30,771 nt of DNA from positions 1 to 30,771 of the forward strand of contig JAHJRZ010000057.1 of NCBI GenBank assembly GCA_018830605.1, given 5' to 3'. The notes beneath the pieces are model-generated. The model was given only the letters and a program-made list of their open reading frames with translations. It made no database searches and had not been told where the DNA came from. The stretch is from Patescibacteria group bacterium. GTDB taxonomy: Bacteria; Patescibacteriota; UBA1384; JAHJRZ01. The stretch's first letter is position 1; every line of letters begins with the position of its first letter. Shown one piece after another: positions 9,023-17,735 of this stretch. The position numbers were made by a program, and so were the translations under genes.

Positions 9023-9388
9023 TTAGCCGAGACCGAGAACTTCGCGGAGTTTCTGGGGCAGACTACCTTTCTCTGATTCATGATCGCACCCAGCCAACAA
9101 AAGCTCAACTCGGTAAGCTCTCATTGAAGATACGGCGATCATTGGTCCCTTGAAAGTCTCTCGGAACTTCCGCACCAACGGGGGAGTAGTCGGGTCATCA
9201 CCGGGTACACACACATCCATGACGATTGCGGAAAAATCCGGATGAAGAGCGAACTGCTCTTCTGCCTCTTTGATGGAAAATGCAGAGAGAATCACGACTC
9301 GCCCCTCGAGCATCTTTTCCCATCGACGATGCCACTCTAGATCATCCTCGACTACCAAGACCTTGGGGACATTGCCAGTGCCGTCCAT
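9023..9388 (-). CDS. Stand-alone response regulator receiver domain
   Basis: VLVVEDD, phosphoacceptor IVMD, IAVSS, conserved Lys (EKG). SD-like AAGGAAGG upstream. Confidence 0.8.
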   Translation of the reverse strand: MDGTGNVPKVLVVEDDLEWHRRWEKMLEGRVVILSAFSIKEAEEQFALHPDFSAIVMDVCVPGDDPTTPPLVRKFRETFKGPMIAVSSMRAYRVELLLAGCDHESEKGSLPQKLREVLGLG

Positions 9389-9548
9389 TCTTCATCATCC
9401 TTCCTTGAAGAGTCTATGCGCGTTTGTGCTTGTTACCTAAATTTAATGTTAAACTAAAATAGGAAAAAAGCAAGAAAAAATAGGCTGCAAAGTTGAACCT
9501 ATTCTGTTTTTATGATAAAATTATAATGTAAACATAAATTACAATTAT

Positions 9549-9932
9549 ATGACCCAAAACGAGGCTATAAATTATTGGCTAAGGACGGCAGAGCGCGATC
9601 AAAAAACTGCTAATGATCTCTATAAAAACGGCCATTATTCTTGGTCATTGTTTATTTGGCAGTTAGTTTTAGAACGATTATTAAAAGCCCATTTAGTTAC
9701 AAAAGATAAAGCTGCACCACCGATCCATAATTTGCTTAAATTGGCAAAACTTGCAGAAATCAAACTCAATGATAATTTAGTTAAAGAACTTGCTGAAATA
9801 ACTTCATTCAATTTAGAAGCTCGCTATGACGATTATAAAGAACAATTTTACAAGAAGGCGACCAAGGAATTTACCAAAAGATGGTCTAATAATGCTGAAA
9901 GGATCTGCCAATGGCTCAAAAATCAACTTTAA
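9549..9932 (+). CDS. HEPN domain protein
   Basis: YSWSLFIWQLVLERLLKA, PPIHNLLKLA, FNLEARYDD; overlaps the downstream MNT gene. Confidence 0.85.
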   Translation: MTQNEAINYWLRTAERDQKTANDLYKNGHYSWSLFIWQLVLERLLKAHLVTKDKAAPPIHNLLKLAKLAEIKLNDNLVKELAEITSFNLEARYDDYKEQFYKKATKEFTKRWSNNAERICQWLKNQL

Positions 9933-10240
9933 ACAAAAAAATATTACAAAAAATCAAAGCATATCGCTCATTAATTGAAAAAACTGGAACTAAAGTTCAG
10001 GAAATTTATGTTTTTGGCTCGCAAGCTAAAGGTCGAGCTAAGTCATGGAGTGATATTGATGTTGGAATCATATCTCCCAGCTTTGGCAATGATCGCCAAG
10101 AAGAACGTGTCTCGTTAATGATCTTAAGCAATAAAATTGATCCGGCTATCGAGCCCCATCCTTTCTCTCCTGAAGATTTTAATGACCGCTTTTACCCCTT
10201 AGCTCAGGAAATCAAAAAGTCAGGCATTAGGATAGCTTAA
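9911..10240 (+). CDS. Minimal nucleotidyltransferase (MNT)
   Basis: YVFGSQAKG...SDIDV motif. Confidence 0.87.
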   Translation: MAQKSTLNKKILQKIKAYRSLIEKTGTKVQEIYVFGSQAKGRAKSWSDIDVGIISPSFGNDRQEERVSLMILSNKIDPAIEPHPFSPEDFNDRFYPLAQEIKKSGIRIA

Positions 10241-10268
10241 AAATCACTGCCATTTGCGCAGTGATTTT
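10240..10268. terminator. Intrinsic terminator after MNT
   Basis: 11-bp stem AAAATCACTGC/GCAGTGATTTT with T-run. Confidence 0.75.
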
Positions 10269-10430
10269 TAATTGGAGCTGAGGGGAATTTTACGTCCCCC
10301 GACTTATCGTCGGGGTCCCCATAGGGCTTCCGCCCTCTGGCGCTCGCCGCGGCTCGCTGTCACCCCAAGCGGGGAGATTGCAGTGGCATCTCCCCGACCC
10401 CCTCTTGGGTGCAATTCCCTTAACTTCTTA

Positions 10431-10468
10431 ATTGAAAAAGTGCCATCAAAAGATGGCACTTTTTCAAT
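10431..10468 (-). terminator. ssrA terminator
   Basis: Perfect 17-bp stem ATTGAAAAAGTGCCATC-AAAA-GATGGCACTTTTTCAAT abutting the tmRNA CCA. Confidence 0.75.
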
Positions 10469-10851
10469 GGAGCTGAGGGGAATTGCACCCCTGTCCAAAA
10501 AAAGAATCAAATTGAATCTACAAGTTTGTTCTGATTTGGTACTTCGGATAAGAGTAGAAATCAGACAAAATAATCTTACCCTATCCTTTGAATTGGCTTG
10601 ACTCCGATGTCAAAGGAGACCGTCGGAGCTGCGTCTGGTTTATGACACCTATCTTTCTCTGCCAGCCAGACAAAGAGGCGTGTAGCCACCGATTAGGCTG
10701 CTACAGGCGCAAGAGAGAAACCAGCAAAAGCTGATTGTATCTTGCTTACAAATGTTTTGGCATTTGTCAATTTGCCGCTTGTTCAAAGCAGATTGGCTCC
10801 TGCTTACTTGCATCAAGAATGAGACTTAATCTGTCGAAGCTAGACAGCCCC
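10468..10851 (-). ncRNA. ssrA: tmRNA
   Basis: 5' GGGGCTG..TTCGAC; 3' GGGGTGCAATTCCCCTCAGCTCCA; tag frame 10761-10693 reads AKTFVSKIQSAFAGFSLAPVAA* (resume codon inferred); smpB nearby. Confidence 0.93.
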
Positions 10852-10859
10852 ATATGATT

Positions 10860-10910
10860 ATTTTATAGGGAAAAACCTCTCTTGTCAAGGTCAGAATTTT
10901 AAGATATAAT
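10860..10910. promoter_or_regulatory. Overlapping divergent sigma70 promoters for ssrA and tRNA-Arg/Pro
   Basis: Minus strand: TTGACA (10888-10883)-N17-TAAAAT. Plus strand: TTGTCA (10882-10887)-N17-TATAAT (10905-10910). Confidence 0.7.
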
Positions 10911-10921
10911 CAAAGCATCCT

Positions 10922-10993
10922 GTCCCCGTAGCTCAGTGGATAGAGCAAGGGTTTCCTAAACCCTGTGCGCAGGTTCGATTCCTGCCGGGGATA
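10922..10993 (+). tRNA. tRNA-Arg(CCT)
   Basis: GTCCCCG/CGGGGAT acceptor; AGGGT-TT CCT AA-ACCCT; GTTCGATTC. Confidence 0.95.
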
Positions 10994-10996
10994 TGT

Positions 10997-11070
10997 CGGG
11001 GTGTGGCCTAGCGGCTTAGGGCGCGGCGTTCGGGACGCCGAGATCGGCAGTTCAAATCTGCCCACCCCGA
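10997..11070 (+). tRNA. tRNA-Pro(CGG)
   Basis: CGGGGTG/CACCCCG acceptor; CGGCG-TT CGG GA-CGCCG; GTTCAAATC. Confidence 0.95.
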
Positions 11071-11118
11071 TTTTTTAGTCTTGCAAGAGCTCTCAAAATC
11101 TGGTATAATATTAACGAA

Positions 11119-12174
11119 ATGCCAAATAACAAATCTCAAATAACAAATAAACGACCGCAAAAAATCGAGATTGCTACTTCTACTATTCTCAAAGCTCTCG
11201 GCATTATTCTTGCTTTAATTTTATTGTGGTATCTTAAATCAGTTTTACTTTTATTGTTTATTGTTTTAATCGTCGTTGCCTCTTTTGCGCCAATCGTGGA
11301 CTTTGGACAAAAATATAAGATCCCCCGCGTTGTCAGTACTATTTTGATCTTTATCCTTTTATTCGGCTTTATTTTTCTTTTGGGATACCTAATTATCCCC
11401 CCGCTGGTTAATCAGGCAATAGATTTGGCCAACAAAATCCCCCAATATACCAGCCACTATAATTTATCTTTTGAAACAGTAAAACAATTCACTCTTAAAA
11501 CCAACCTTATAGAAACGATCAAGGATAATTTCAGTAATATTTCAAAAAATCTGGCCTCTGCCTCCTCAACTATTTTCTCAACACTGGCCATCGCTTTCGG
11601 CGGAATAGCCAGTTTTATTATCGCCATTGCCTTAACTTTTTATCTGCTCTTGACTAAAAACCAAATTGCGGAAGGCATTTTAAGCTATATTCCTAAAAAA
11701 AGAAAAGAACTTGTAAGAAAAGTCGGCGGAGAGATTTTATTAAAGCTTGGCGCTTGGGCAAGGGGGCAGTTTATACTCTGTTTAACTATTGGGCTTGTCA
11801 TTGGTATCGCTTTGAAGATATTTGGCATGCCTTTTGCTTTGATGCTTGGCGTGTTGGCTGGCCTGATGGAGTTTATCCCCACTGTGGGACCGATTATCGC
11901 TGCTATCCCTGCCTTGGCTATAGCTTTCACTATCTCCCCTTGGAAAGCTCTAATTGTTTTGATAATTTATCTCGCTGTCCAACAATTAGAAAATAATCTT
12001 CTCGTGCCGACCATAATGAAGAGAGCGGTCGGCATTAATCCGGCGATCATCATTATCGCTATTTTGGTAGGTGCGGAGCTGGCTGGTATTTTGGGTATAA
12101 TTTTAGCTGTTCCCACAGCTGCTGTCTTGAGCATAATCTTCCGAGTCTGGAAAGAACAGACGATTGAGAAATAA
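11119..12174 (+). CDS. AI-2E family transporter
   Basis: Multi-TM; GAWARGQFILC, EFIPTVGPIIA, QQLENNLLVP, GINPAIIIIAILVG. Confidence 0.9.
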   Translation: MPNNKSQITNKRPQKIEIATSTILKALGIILALILLWYLKSVLLLLFIVLIVVASFAPIVDFGQKYKIPRVVSTILIFILLFGFIFLLGYLIIPPLVNQAIDLANKIPQYTSHYNLSFETVKQFTLKTNLIETIKDNFSNISKNLASASSTIFSTLAIAFGGIASFIIAIALTFYLLLTKNQIAEGILSYIPKKRKELVRKVGGEILLKLGAWARGQFILCLTIGLVIGIALKIFGMPFALMLGVLAGLMEFIPTVGPIIAAIPALAIAFTISPWKALIVLIIYLAVQQLENNLLVPTIMKRAVGINPAIIIIAILVGAELAGILGIILAVPTAAVLSIIFRVWKEQTIEK

Positions 12175-12243
12175 ATTGTTGACAACCTCTGACCATAACC
12201 ATCACCACAAACCATACCAGCTCCCAAAACCCAAACCAAAACT

Positions 12244-12681
12244 ATGCCAATTATTAAAAACAAACAAGCTTCTCGTTTTTATAAGATTTTAGACAAAAAA
12301 GAGGCGGGAATTGTTCTCAAGGGGCTTGAGGTTAAATCCCTGCGCGCTGGCCGCGCTTCTCTCAATGAATCGCATGTTAGGGTCTCGGGCCATGAGGCCT
12401 TTTTAATTAACGCTCATATCCCGGCTTGGCAGAAACAGCTTGAAAATTATGAACCGACCCGCTCGCGCAAACTGCTACTTCATAAGAGTGAAATTAGAGA
12501 TTTGTATCTAAAAAGCCAGAAAAAGGGATTAACTCTGGTCCCGCTACAAATTTATTTCAAAAAAAATCACGCCAAAGTTTTGATTGGCGTTGGCCGCGGC
12601 CTTAAAAAAGGCGACAAACGAATGGCCATTAAAGAACGAGAATCGAAGCGCGAAATAAACAGGGCATTGCGGAGAAAATGA
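12244..12681 (+). CDS. smpB: SsrA-binding protein
   Basis: EAGIVLKGLEVKSLR, RSRKLLLHKSEI, GLTLVPL, DKRMAIKERE. Confidence 0.97.
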   Translation: MPIIKNKQASRFYKILDKKEAGIVLKGLEVKSLRAGRASLNESHVRVSGHEAFLINAHIPAWQKQLENYEPTRSRKLLLHKSEIRDLYLKSQKKGLTLVPLQIYFKKNHAKVLIGVGRGLKKGDKRMAIKERESKREINRALRRK

Positions 12682-12917
12682 GCTTACCCCACTTCGCCCT
12701 TACCCCGACGTGACGTCGGGGTGCGGGCTTCGTTAGGGGTTTACCCCGGTGAAATAATTCGCCGCGACGAATTGCGACGGCGTCGCATTTCACTGGGTTA
12801 ATCTCTTGGCACTGCCTGCCAAATAGATTAAGAATCAAGACGCGAGATAAATAGAGCCCTAAAAAGATAAAAAAAACTGGCTCCTGGGAGTTCTTATTTT
12901 GTCACTTCTGTCCTGTA

Positions 12918-13327
12918 TGTCATTCCTGCGAAAGCAGGAATCTATTAATAAATTCCGTATCAAGTACGGAATGACATACAATATTGTCTCTATTATATTT
13001 TACGAGAGAGAAAAAAAGAGAGAGCCAAGTGTGAATAAAATCATTCCATAACTTTAAGACGATCGTTAGAAAGTTATGGAATTAGGAAACCAAAAATCAC
13101 CTCTGGCTTGTGGCAGAATAATAAATGCCCTATACATGACTTACGCACAATCTGATTTATTCTCCGAGAGAGTCCCGCCATAGGCGGGACGAATCGAGAA
13201 GTCTAAAAGCTTGATAGTTCTCGACTCCGCTCCCTTTGGTCGCTTCGCTCGAACAATAATTGCGTAGTCGTGCCCATAGATCCCGAAACAAAGCCTGCCC
13301 TGACGAAAGTCATGGGTTCGGGATGAC
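12918..13327. repeat. Cluster of REP/RPE-like palindromic elements
   Basis: TGTCATTCC...GGAATGACA (12918-12976); TCGAG-type element with nested hairpin (~13157-13258); AGATCCCGAAAC...GTTCGGGATGACA (13278-13327). Confidence 0.75.
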
Positions 13328-13402
13328 AAGCGTGTTAATTTGACAATAATTTTAGCGGGGATAAAATGGATATACGACTAATTCAATTCGAAAGGAGGAA
13401 AA

Positions 13403-13600
13403 ATGAAATTTTGTCCTAAATGTAAAAAAGAACATTTGATTTTTCACAGCAAGTTCTGCTGTGATTGCGGTAGCAAATTAAAAAACATAAAAGACCCAGA
13501 GTGTCCTCACTGTAAAAGTATGATTTTTGGTAAGTTTTGCGGCAAATGTGGATTAAAATTTAATAAAATACTGCTGAAAAAAGCAAAAATTTCCGTCTGA
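13403..13600 (+). CDS. Small double zinc-ribbon protein
   Basis: CPKC, CCDC, CPHC, CGKC; SD AAAGGAGG; TTGACA-N16-TAAAAT promoter. Confidence 0.75.
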   Translation: MKFCPKCKKEHLIFHSKFCCDCGSKLKNIKDPECPHCKSMIFGKFCGKCGLKFNKILLKKAKISV

Positions 13601-13655
13601 ATTTGACACCGAATCCTATCCTGATAAAATAGAAACGAAGAAATTAAAATAATTT

Positions 13656-14012
13656 ATGGCTCTAACAAAAAATGATCTAAATCAAATTAGAACAGTTGTT
13701 AAAGAAGAAGTTGGGGAAAAAGTCGGCGGCGTCGAAAAGAAAGTCGATGGTCTTAATCAAAAAATCGACTCTGTTGAAAAAAGACTAACCAAGAAAATCG
13801 ATCAAAAAATTGATGGCTTGGCCTTAATAACGAAAAAAGGATTTGACGGACAAGATGAGAAAATAAATTATTTGACCAAGGAAGTCAAAGAGATGCGCAA
13901 AGATTTAGTTGTTCATGATTTTAAGATGACGGAGATGGTACACAAAGCAGATTATTATAAATTAGAGGAAAGAGTCTCTTATTTAGAAAGGAAGACAGGA
14001 ATTAAAGTATGA
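13656..14012 (+). CDS. Small coiled-coil hypothetical protein
   Basis: Heptad repeats (VEKKVDG/LNQKIDS/VEKRLTK); own promoter; stop overlaps HU start (ATGA). Confidence 0.75.
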   Translation: MALTKNDLNQIRTVVKEEVGEKVGGVEKKVDGLNQKIDSVEKRLTKKIDQKIDGLALITKKGFDGQDEKINYLTKEVKEMRKDLVVHDFKMTEMVHKADYYKLEERVSYLERKTGIKV

Positions 14013-14281
14013 ACAAGACTGATTTGATTAAAAATGTCGCCGAAGATGCGGGCGTATCCAAAATTTACGCGGAGAAAGTGTTGAATAATTTTATTGAAGT
14101 GGTGGGTGATGAGCTCGCTGAAGGGAAAAAAGTGACTGTCACCGGCTTTGGCACTTTTCTCGTCTCCAAAAGAAAAGAAAAAATGGGGATAAACCCCAGA
14201 ACTAAAGAGAGAATAAAGATCCCTGCTCAAATCCTCCCCCATTTCCGACCCGGTAAGAGATTTAAAGATGCGATACGATAA
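14009..14281 (+). CDS. hup: HU family DNA-binding protein
   Basis: MNKTDLI, VTGFGTF, GINPRT, FRPGK. Confidence 0.93.
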   Translation: MNKTDLIKNVAEDAGVSKIYAEKVLNNFIEVVGDELAEGKKVTVTGFGTFLVSKRKEKMGINPRTKERIKIPAQILPHFRPGKRFKDAIR

Positions 14282-15047
14282 TCTCTCTCACCCTCTTAAT
14301 ACTTTTTGCCGCCCCTTTTCTGTCTATCTCCAGAAGAACCGCGTTGAACTCGACTTCTCCTTCGGCAATCTCATGGCGCGTTAATATTTGCGTTAAAAAT
14401 TTATCAATTATCAACTCTTTTTCCACTCCCAAAACCGAATTATGAGGGCCAACCATGCCCACATCGCTTATATAAGCCGTTTTTTGTCCCATAATTTCTT
14501 CATCAGCTGATGGAATGTGTGTATGAGTGCAGATTACCGCTGAAACTCTATTTTGAGCGTAAAAACCAAAAGCGCGCTTCTCTGAAGTCGCTTCTGCGTG
14601 AAAATCAATAATTGTCGGCATCTTGCCAATTTCTTGCAAAATCTCGTCTAATTTTCTAAAGGGGCAATCTAAATCAATGGGAAAAAAGACCCGTCCCATT
14701 AGACTGACGACGGCTAATTTTTGCGTGCCCACCTCAAAAATCTCATAGCCTCTACCTATTACAGCTGGCGGGTAATTGGCTGGGCGCAAAACCTTGATCT
14801 TCTTATCCTCCAAAAAAGGGATGAATTCCTTTTTAGCCCAGATGTGATTGCCAGAAGTAAAACAATCAATTCCCGCTTCTCTCATCTCTTGATAGGTCTT
14901 CTTTGTCATTCCTTTGCCATGCGCCAAATTCTCACCATTAGCTATCACAAAATCTATTTCTTCTTTTTTAATTAATTCCGGAAGAATTTTCTTAACTGCC
15001 TCTCTCCCTGGCCTTCCGACGATGTCGCCAATAAATAAGATTTTCAT
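14262..15047 (-). CDS. ymdB: YmdB-like metallophosphoesterase
   Basis: [39 protein letters not shown]. Confidence 0.93.
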   Translation of the reverse strand: MKILFIGDIVGRPGREAVKKILPELIKKEEIDFVIANGENLAHGKGMTKKTYQEMREAGIDCFTSGNHIWAKKEFIPFLEDKKIKVLRPANYPPAVIGRGYEIFEVGTQKLAVVSLMGRVFFPIDLDCPFRKLDEILQEIGKMPTIIDFHAEATSEKRAFGFYAQNRVSAVICTHTHIPSADEEIMGQKTAYISDVGMVGPHNSVLGVEKELIIDKFLTQILTRHEIAEGEVEFNAVLLEIDRKGAAKSIKRVREIIVSHL

Positions 15048-16567
15048 TTAGCGTACTCCACTGCTCTGGTCTCGCGGATAACATTTACTTTAATCTGCCC
15101 CGGATATTCCATTTCTTTCTCTATTTTTTTGGCAATGTTTCTCGAGAGCTTGACCGCCTCTAAATCATTAATATCTTCCGGCCGGACTAAAATTCTGACC
15201 TCGCGTCCCGCCTGAATAGCATAAGACTTTTCTACCCCTGAAAAGGAGTTCGCCACCTTTTCCAACTCTTCCAGCCGTTTAACATATGTTTCAAGAGTTT
15301 CGCGTCGCGCGCCCGGTCTCGCCCCGGAAATAGCATCGGCGGCATGAACAATAAAATCAAGCGTATCCTTCATCTCTATATCTTCGTGATGGGCCGCGGC
15401 TGCATGGATTATCTTCTCATCAACACCGTACTTCTTAAGAATATCTTGAGAGATAATAGCGTGCGAGCCGGTCACCTCATGGTCGACTGCTTTGCCAATA
15501 TCATGAAAAAGCCCTGCCCGCTTGGCGACTGCCGCATCATAGCCCAACTCAAGAGCTAAAAGTCCAGAGATCTCTGCTACCTCGATCGAGTGCTGGAGAA
15601 CATTCTGACCATAAGAAGTACGGTACTTTAAACGGCCCAAAGTCTTAAGTAAATCATGATTAATTCCTGCGATGCCAATCTGATAGGCGGCCTCATCGCC
15701 TGCTTTTTTAATCTCATTATCTACTTCTTCGGTTGCTTTTTTTAACGCTTCTTCAATTCTGGTCGGATGAATCCGGCCATCTGTCACTAACTTTTCCAGA
15801 GCCACTTTGGCGACCTGGCGCCTGACCGAATCAAAAGAAGAGATGACGACTGCGCCCGGAGTATCATCAATAATGACATCCACGCCTGCCAAACGTTCAA
15901 AAGCCTGGATATTGCGACCTTCGCGGCCAATAATACGGCCCTTCATCTCATCAGAAGGAAGAGAGACGGTCGAGACGGTCGATTCAGAAGCAGTATCTGA
16001 AGCAATCCTGCCAATGACAGTGGCGATTATTTTTCTGGCTTCCTCATCTGCGCTTTCCTTGGCTTCTTTTTCTGTCGCCTTGATAATCCGCAAGACCTCG
16101 TCCTTCTCCTCTTTTTCCACCATGCCCAATAGCACTTTTTTGGCCTCTTCCTTGGAAAGAGCCGAGATCCTCTCCAAACTTCCTAACTGTTTATCGCGCA
16201 GACCTCTAAGCTCTTCTCTCGTCTTTCCTATCTGTTCTTCTTCTGTCTCAAGCTGGATTCGATCCCTCTCTAATCTTTCAGCACGGACATCAACCGACTC
16301 TTCTCTTTTTCTTAAAGACAGCTCCAAATCATCAATCTTCTTCTGCCTCTCTTTATTAAGAGCTTCAGCCTCCTCGCGCATTTGAAAAGCTTTATCCTTA
16401 GCAGAAATTAAAATCTCCTTCTCCTCTTCTTTGGCTCTGTCGATAATTTTTTTAGAACGCTCTTCTAAATTTTTAATTGATTTAGCGGCAAATACCTGGC
16501 GGACATAATAACCGACTCCCAAACCTACAACCAGACCCAAAGGGCCTATAATCCATATTGAATTCAT
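15044..16567 (-). CDS. rny: Ribonuclease Y
   Basis: TM, coiled coil, KH ([13 protein letters not shown]), HD (FHDIGKA), [10 protein letters not shown]. Confidence 0.96.
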   Translation of the reverse strand: MNSIWIIGPLGLVVGLGVGYYVRQVFAAKSIKNLEERSKKIIDRAKEEEKEILISAKDKAFQMREEAEALNKERQKKIDDLELSLRKREESVDVRAERLERDRIQLETEEEQIGKTREELRGLRDKQLGSLERISALSKEEAKKVLLGMVEKEEKDEVLRIIKATEKEAKESADEEARKIIATVIGRIASDTASESTVSTVSLPSDEMKGRIIGREGRNIQAFERLAGVDVIIDDTPGAVVISSFDSVRRQVAKVALEKLVTDGRIHPTRIEEALKKATEEVDNEIKKAGDEAAYQIGIAGINHDLLKTLGRLKYRTSYGQNVLQHSIEVAEISGLLALELGYDAAVAKRAGLFHDIGKAVDHEVTGSHAIISQDILKKYGVDEKIIHAAAAHHEDIEMKDTLDFIVHAADAISGARPGARRETLETYVKRLEELEKVANSFSGVEKSYAIQAGREVRILVRPEDINDLEAVKLSRNIAKKIEKEMEYPGQIKVNVIRETRAVEYAK

Positions 16568-16722
16568 TTTGTCTCCTAATTGTCACTCCTCGCCAAAATA
16601 ACATATTCTTTGAGGATTTAAATTTAATTTTAACCTTTATATCATACACAATAACGTTTAAAATATCAACCTAAGCCTTGAATTAAAGATAATCTTAAGA
16701 TATAATTTGGAAGTAAAATCAA

Positions 16723-16794
16723 GGCCCGCTCGTCTATCGATTAGGACATCAGCTTTTCAAGCTGAAAAGAGGAGTTTGACTCTCCTGCGGGCTA
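16723..16794 (+). tRNA. tRNA-Glu(TTC)
   Basis: GGCCCGC/GCGGGCT acceptor; TCAGC-TT TTC AA-GCTGA; T-loop variant TTTGACT. Confidence 0.9.
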
Positions 16795-17014
16795 CATATC
16801 AATTTTCAATTTACATTTTTCAATTTACATTGAATTATCAATGACACAATTTTCAAACATTGATCATTGAAACATTGTGAAATTTATTGGAAATTGTTAA
16901 TTGTAAATTGTTTAAGTTATCCACAGCTAAACCTTGACGCTTATGACTCAACAGATTACAATATGGTAAGCAACAGATATCTATAAGATAAAAAATAATT
17001 AAGCAAGGAGAACT

Positions 17015-17215
17015 ATGGCTTATTCGAAGACGAATTCAAAGGGGCAGACCTATTATCTGCACAGCAAAGATGTGATTCTGCGCGGCGGCAGGCCACAGAC
17101 AATTTACTTCTTTGGCAAAGAAGTTAAAGATGGAGCGCTGGATGAACTGCCAGCCGGCTATGAAGTAATGGAGAATGAGAGGACCGGGCTTCCGATGCTT
17201 AGAAAGAAAAAGTAA
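17015..17215 (+). CDS. Small basic hypothetical protein
   Basis: SD AAGGAG, promoter TTGACG-N17-TACAAT, terminator at 17237-17263. Confidence 0.8.
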   Translation: MAYSKTNSKGQTYYLHSKDVILRGGRPQTIYFFGKEVKDGALDELPAGYEVMENERTGLPMLRKKK

Positions 17216-17236
17216 TAGAGATTCGAGTTATACAAA

Positions 17237-17263
17237 CAAAAATCCCCTGCAAGGGGTTTTTTG
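17237..17263. terminator. Bidirectional terminator
   Basis: A-run, CCCCT/AGGGG stem, T-run. Confidence 0.7.
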
Positions 17264-17424
17264 TATTAAAAAGGCGCGGATACATCCGCCCAAACATATT
17301 ATAGTTAATGGCGCGTATCCGCGCCAGAGGGTTGTATACAGTCCTTTGAAACCCCTAATGTTCCATCCTTTTTAAAAAAGGATAGGACGAGGAAAAAAAG
17401 AAACTGTAAGGCCCGGGTGCGGAA

Positions 17425-17635
17425 ATCCCGATGTAAAATCGGGAAAGCACTGGTCAATGTCAGCCTTGCGACTGACATTCAACCGAAGTTAAGCCGCCAG
17501 CTACCAGCAGCCAGCTATCTGCTGAATGCTGCGTGCTGTTTGCTACGTGCTTCACTACGTTTGGCTGTCAGCCGCCTTTTGTCTGGGCTGTTTTGTTTTA
17601 CTCTAAGGTGCGTCCCAAGATAATTCTTAGGATTA
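17425..17635 (-). ncRNA. Candidate 6S-like RNA (rod-shaped with central bubble)
   Basis: Strong promoter upstream, nested long-range stems, G.U pairs favour the minus strand, same strand as and upstream of rny-ymdB. See findings. Confidence 0.5.
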
Positions 17636-17640
17636 ATACT

Positions 17641-17669
17641 ATTATAGCAAAAAAATTGATAAAGGTCAA
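17641..17669 (-). promoter_or_regulatory. sigma70 promoter with extended -10
   Basis: TTGACC (17669-17664)-N17-TATAAT (17646-17641) with TGn. Confidence 0.75.
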
Positions 17670-17735
17670 TAATTGTCAAGTTATTATCAACTCGTGTCCC
17701 GCTTTGGCTTAAATAAGCCAAAGTACAACCATTAT

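Noticed and set aside
10331-10340. CGCCCTCTGG matching the end of the DGR VR as a possible template repeat
   Set aside because: Only 10 bp; flanks do not align and show no adenine-specific mismatches.
10272-10601. ORFs at 10272-10601 (+) and 10304-10510 (-)
   Set aside because: They lie over the tmRNA 3' end and palindromes; the repeated MELRGI simply reflects the DNA repeat.
15807-16385. Other long antisense ORFs (e.g. 15807-16385, 18877-19383, 23669-24082)
   Set aside because: They are opposite well-supported genes, with no independent evidence.
16771-16785. tRNA-Glu pseudogene because of the TTTGA T-loop
   Set aside because: All stems pair and a single T-loop variant is insufficient evidence.
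16917-16925. oriC from TTATCCACA (also at 937-945)
   Set aside because: Isolated boxes, one within miaB; no cluster or dnaA nearby.
17265-17635. RNase P RNA or SRP RNA
   Set aside because: No GAGGAAAGUCC/P4 pairing, and no SRP helix-8 internal loop.
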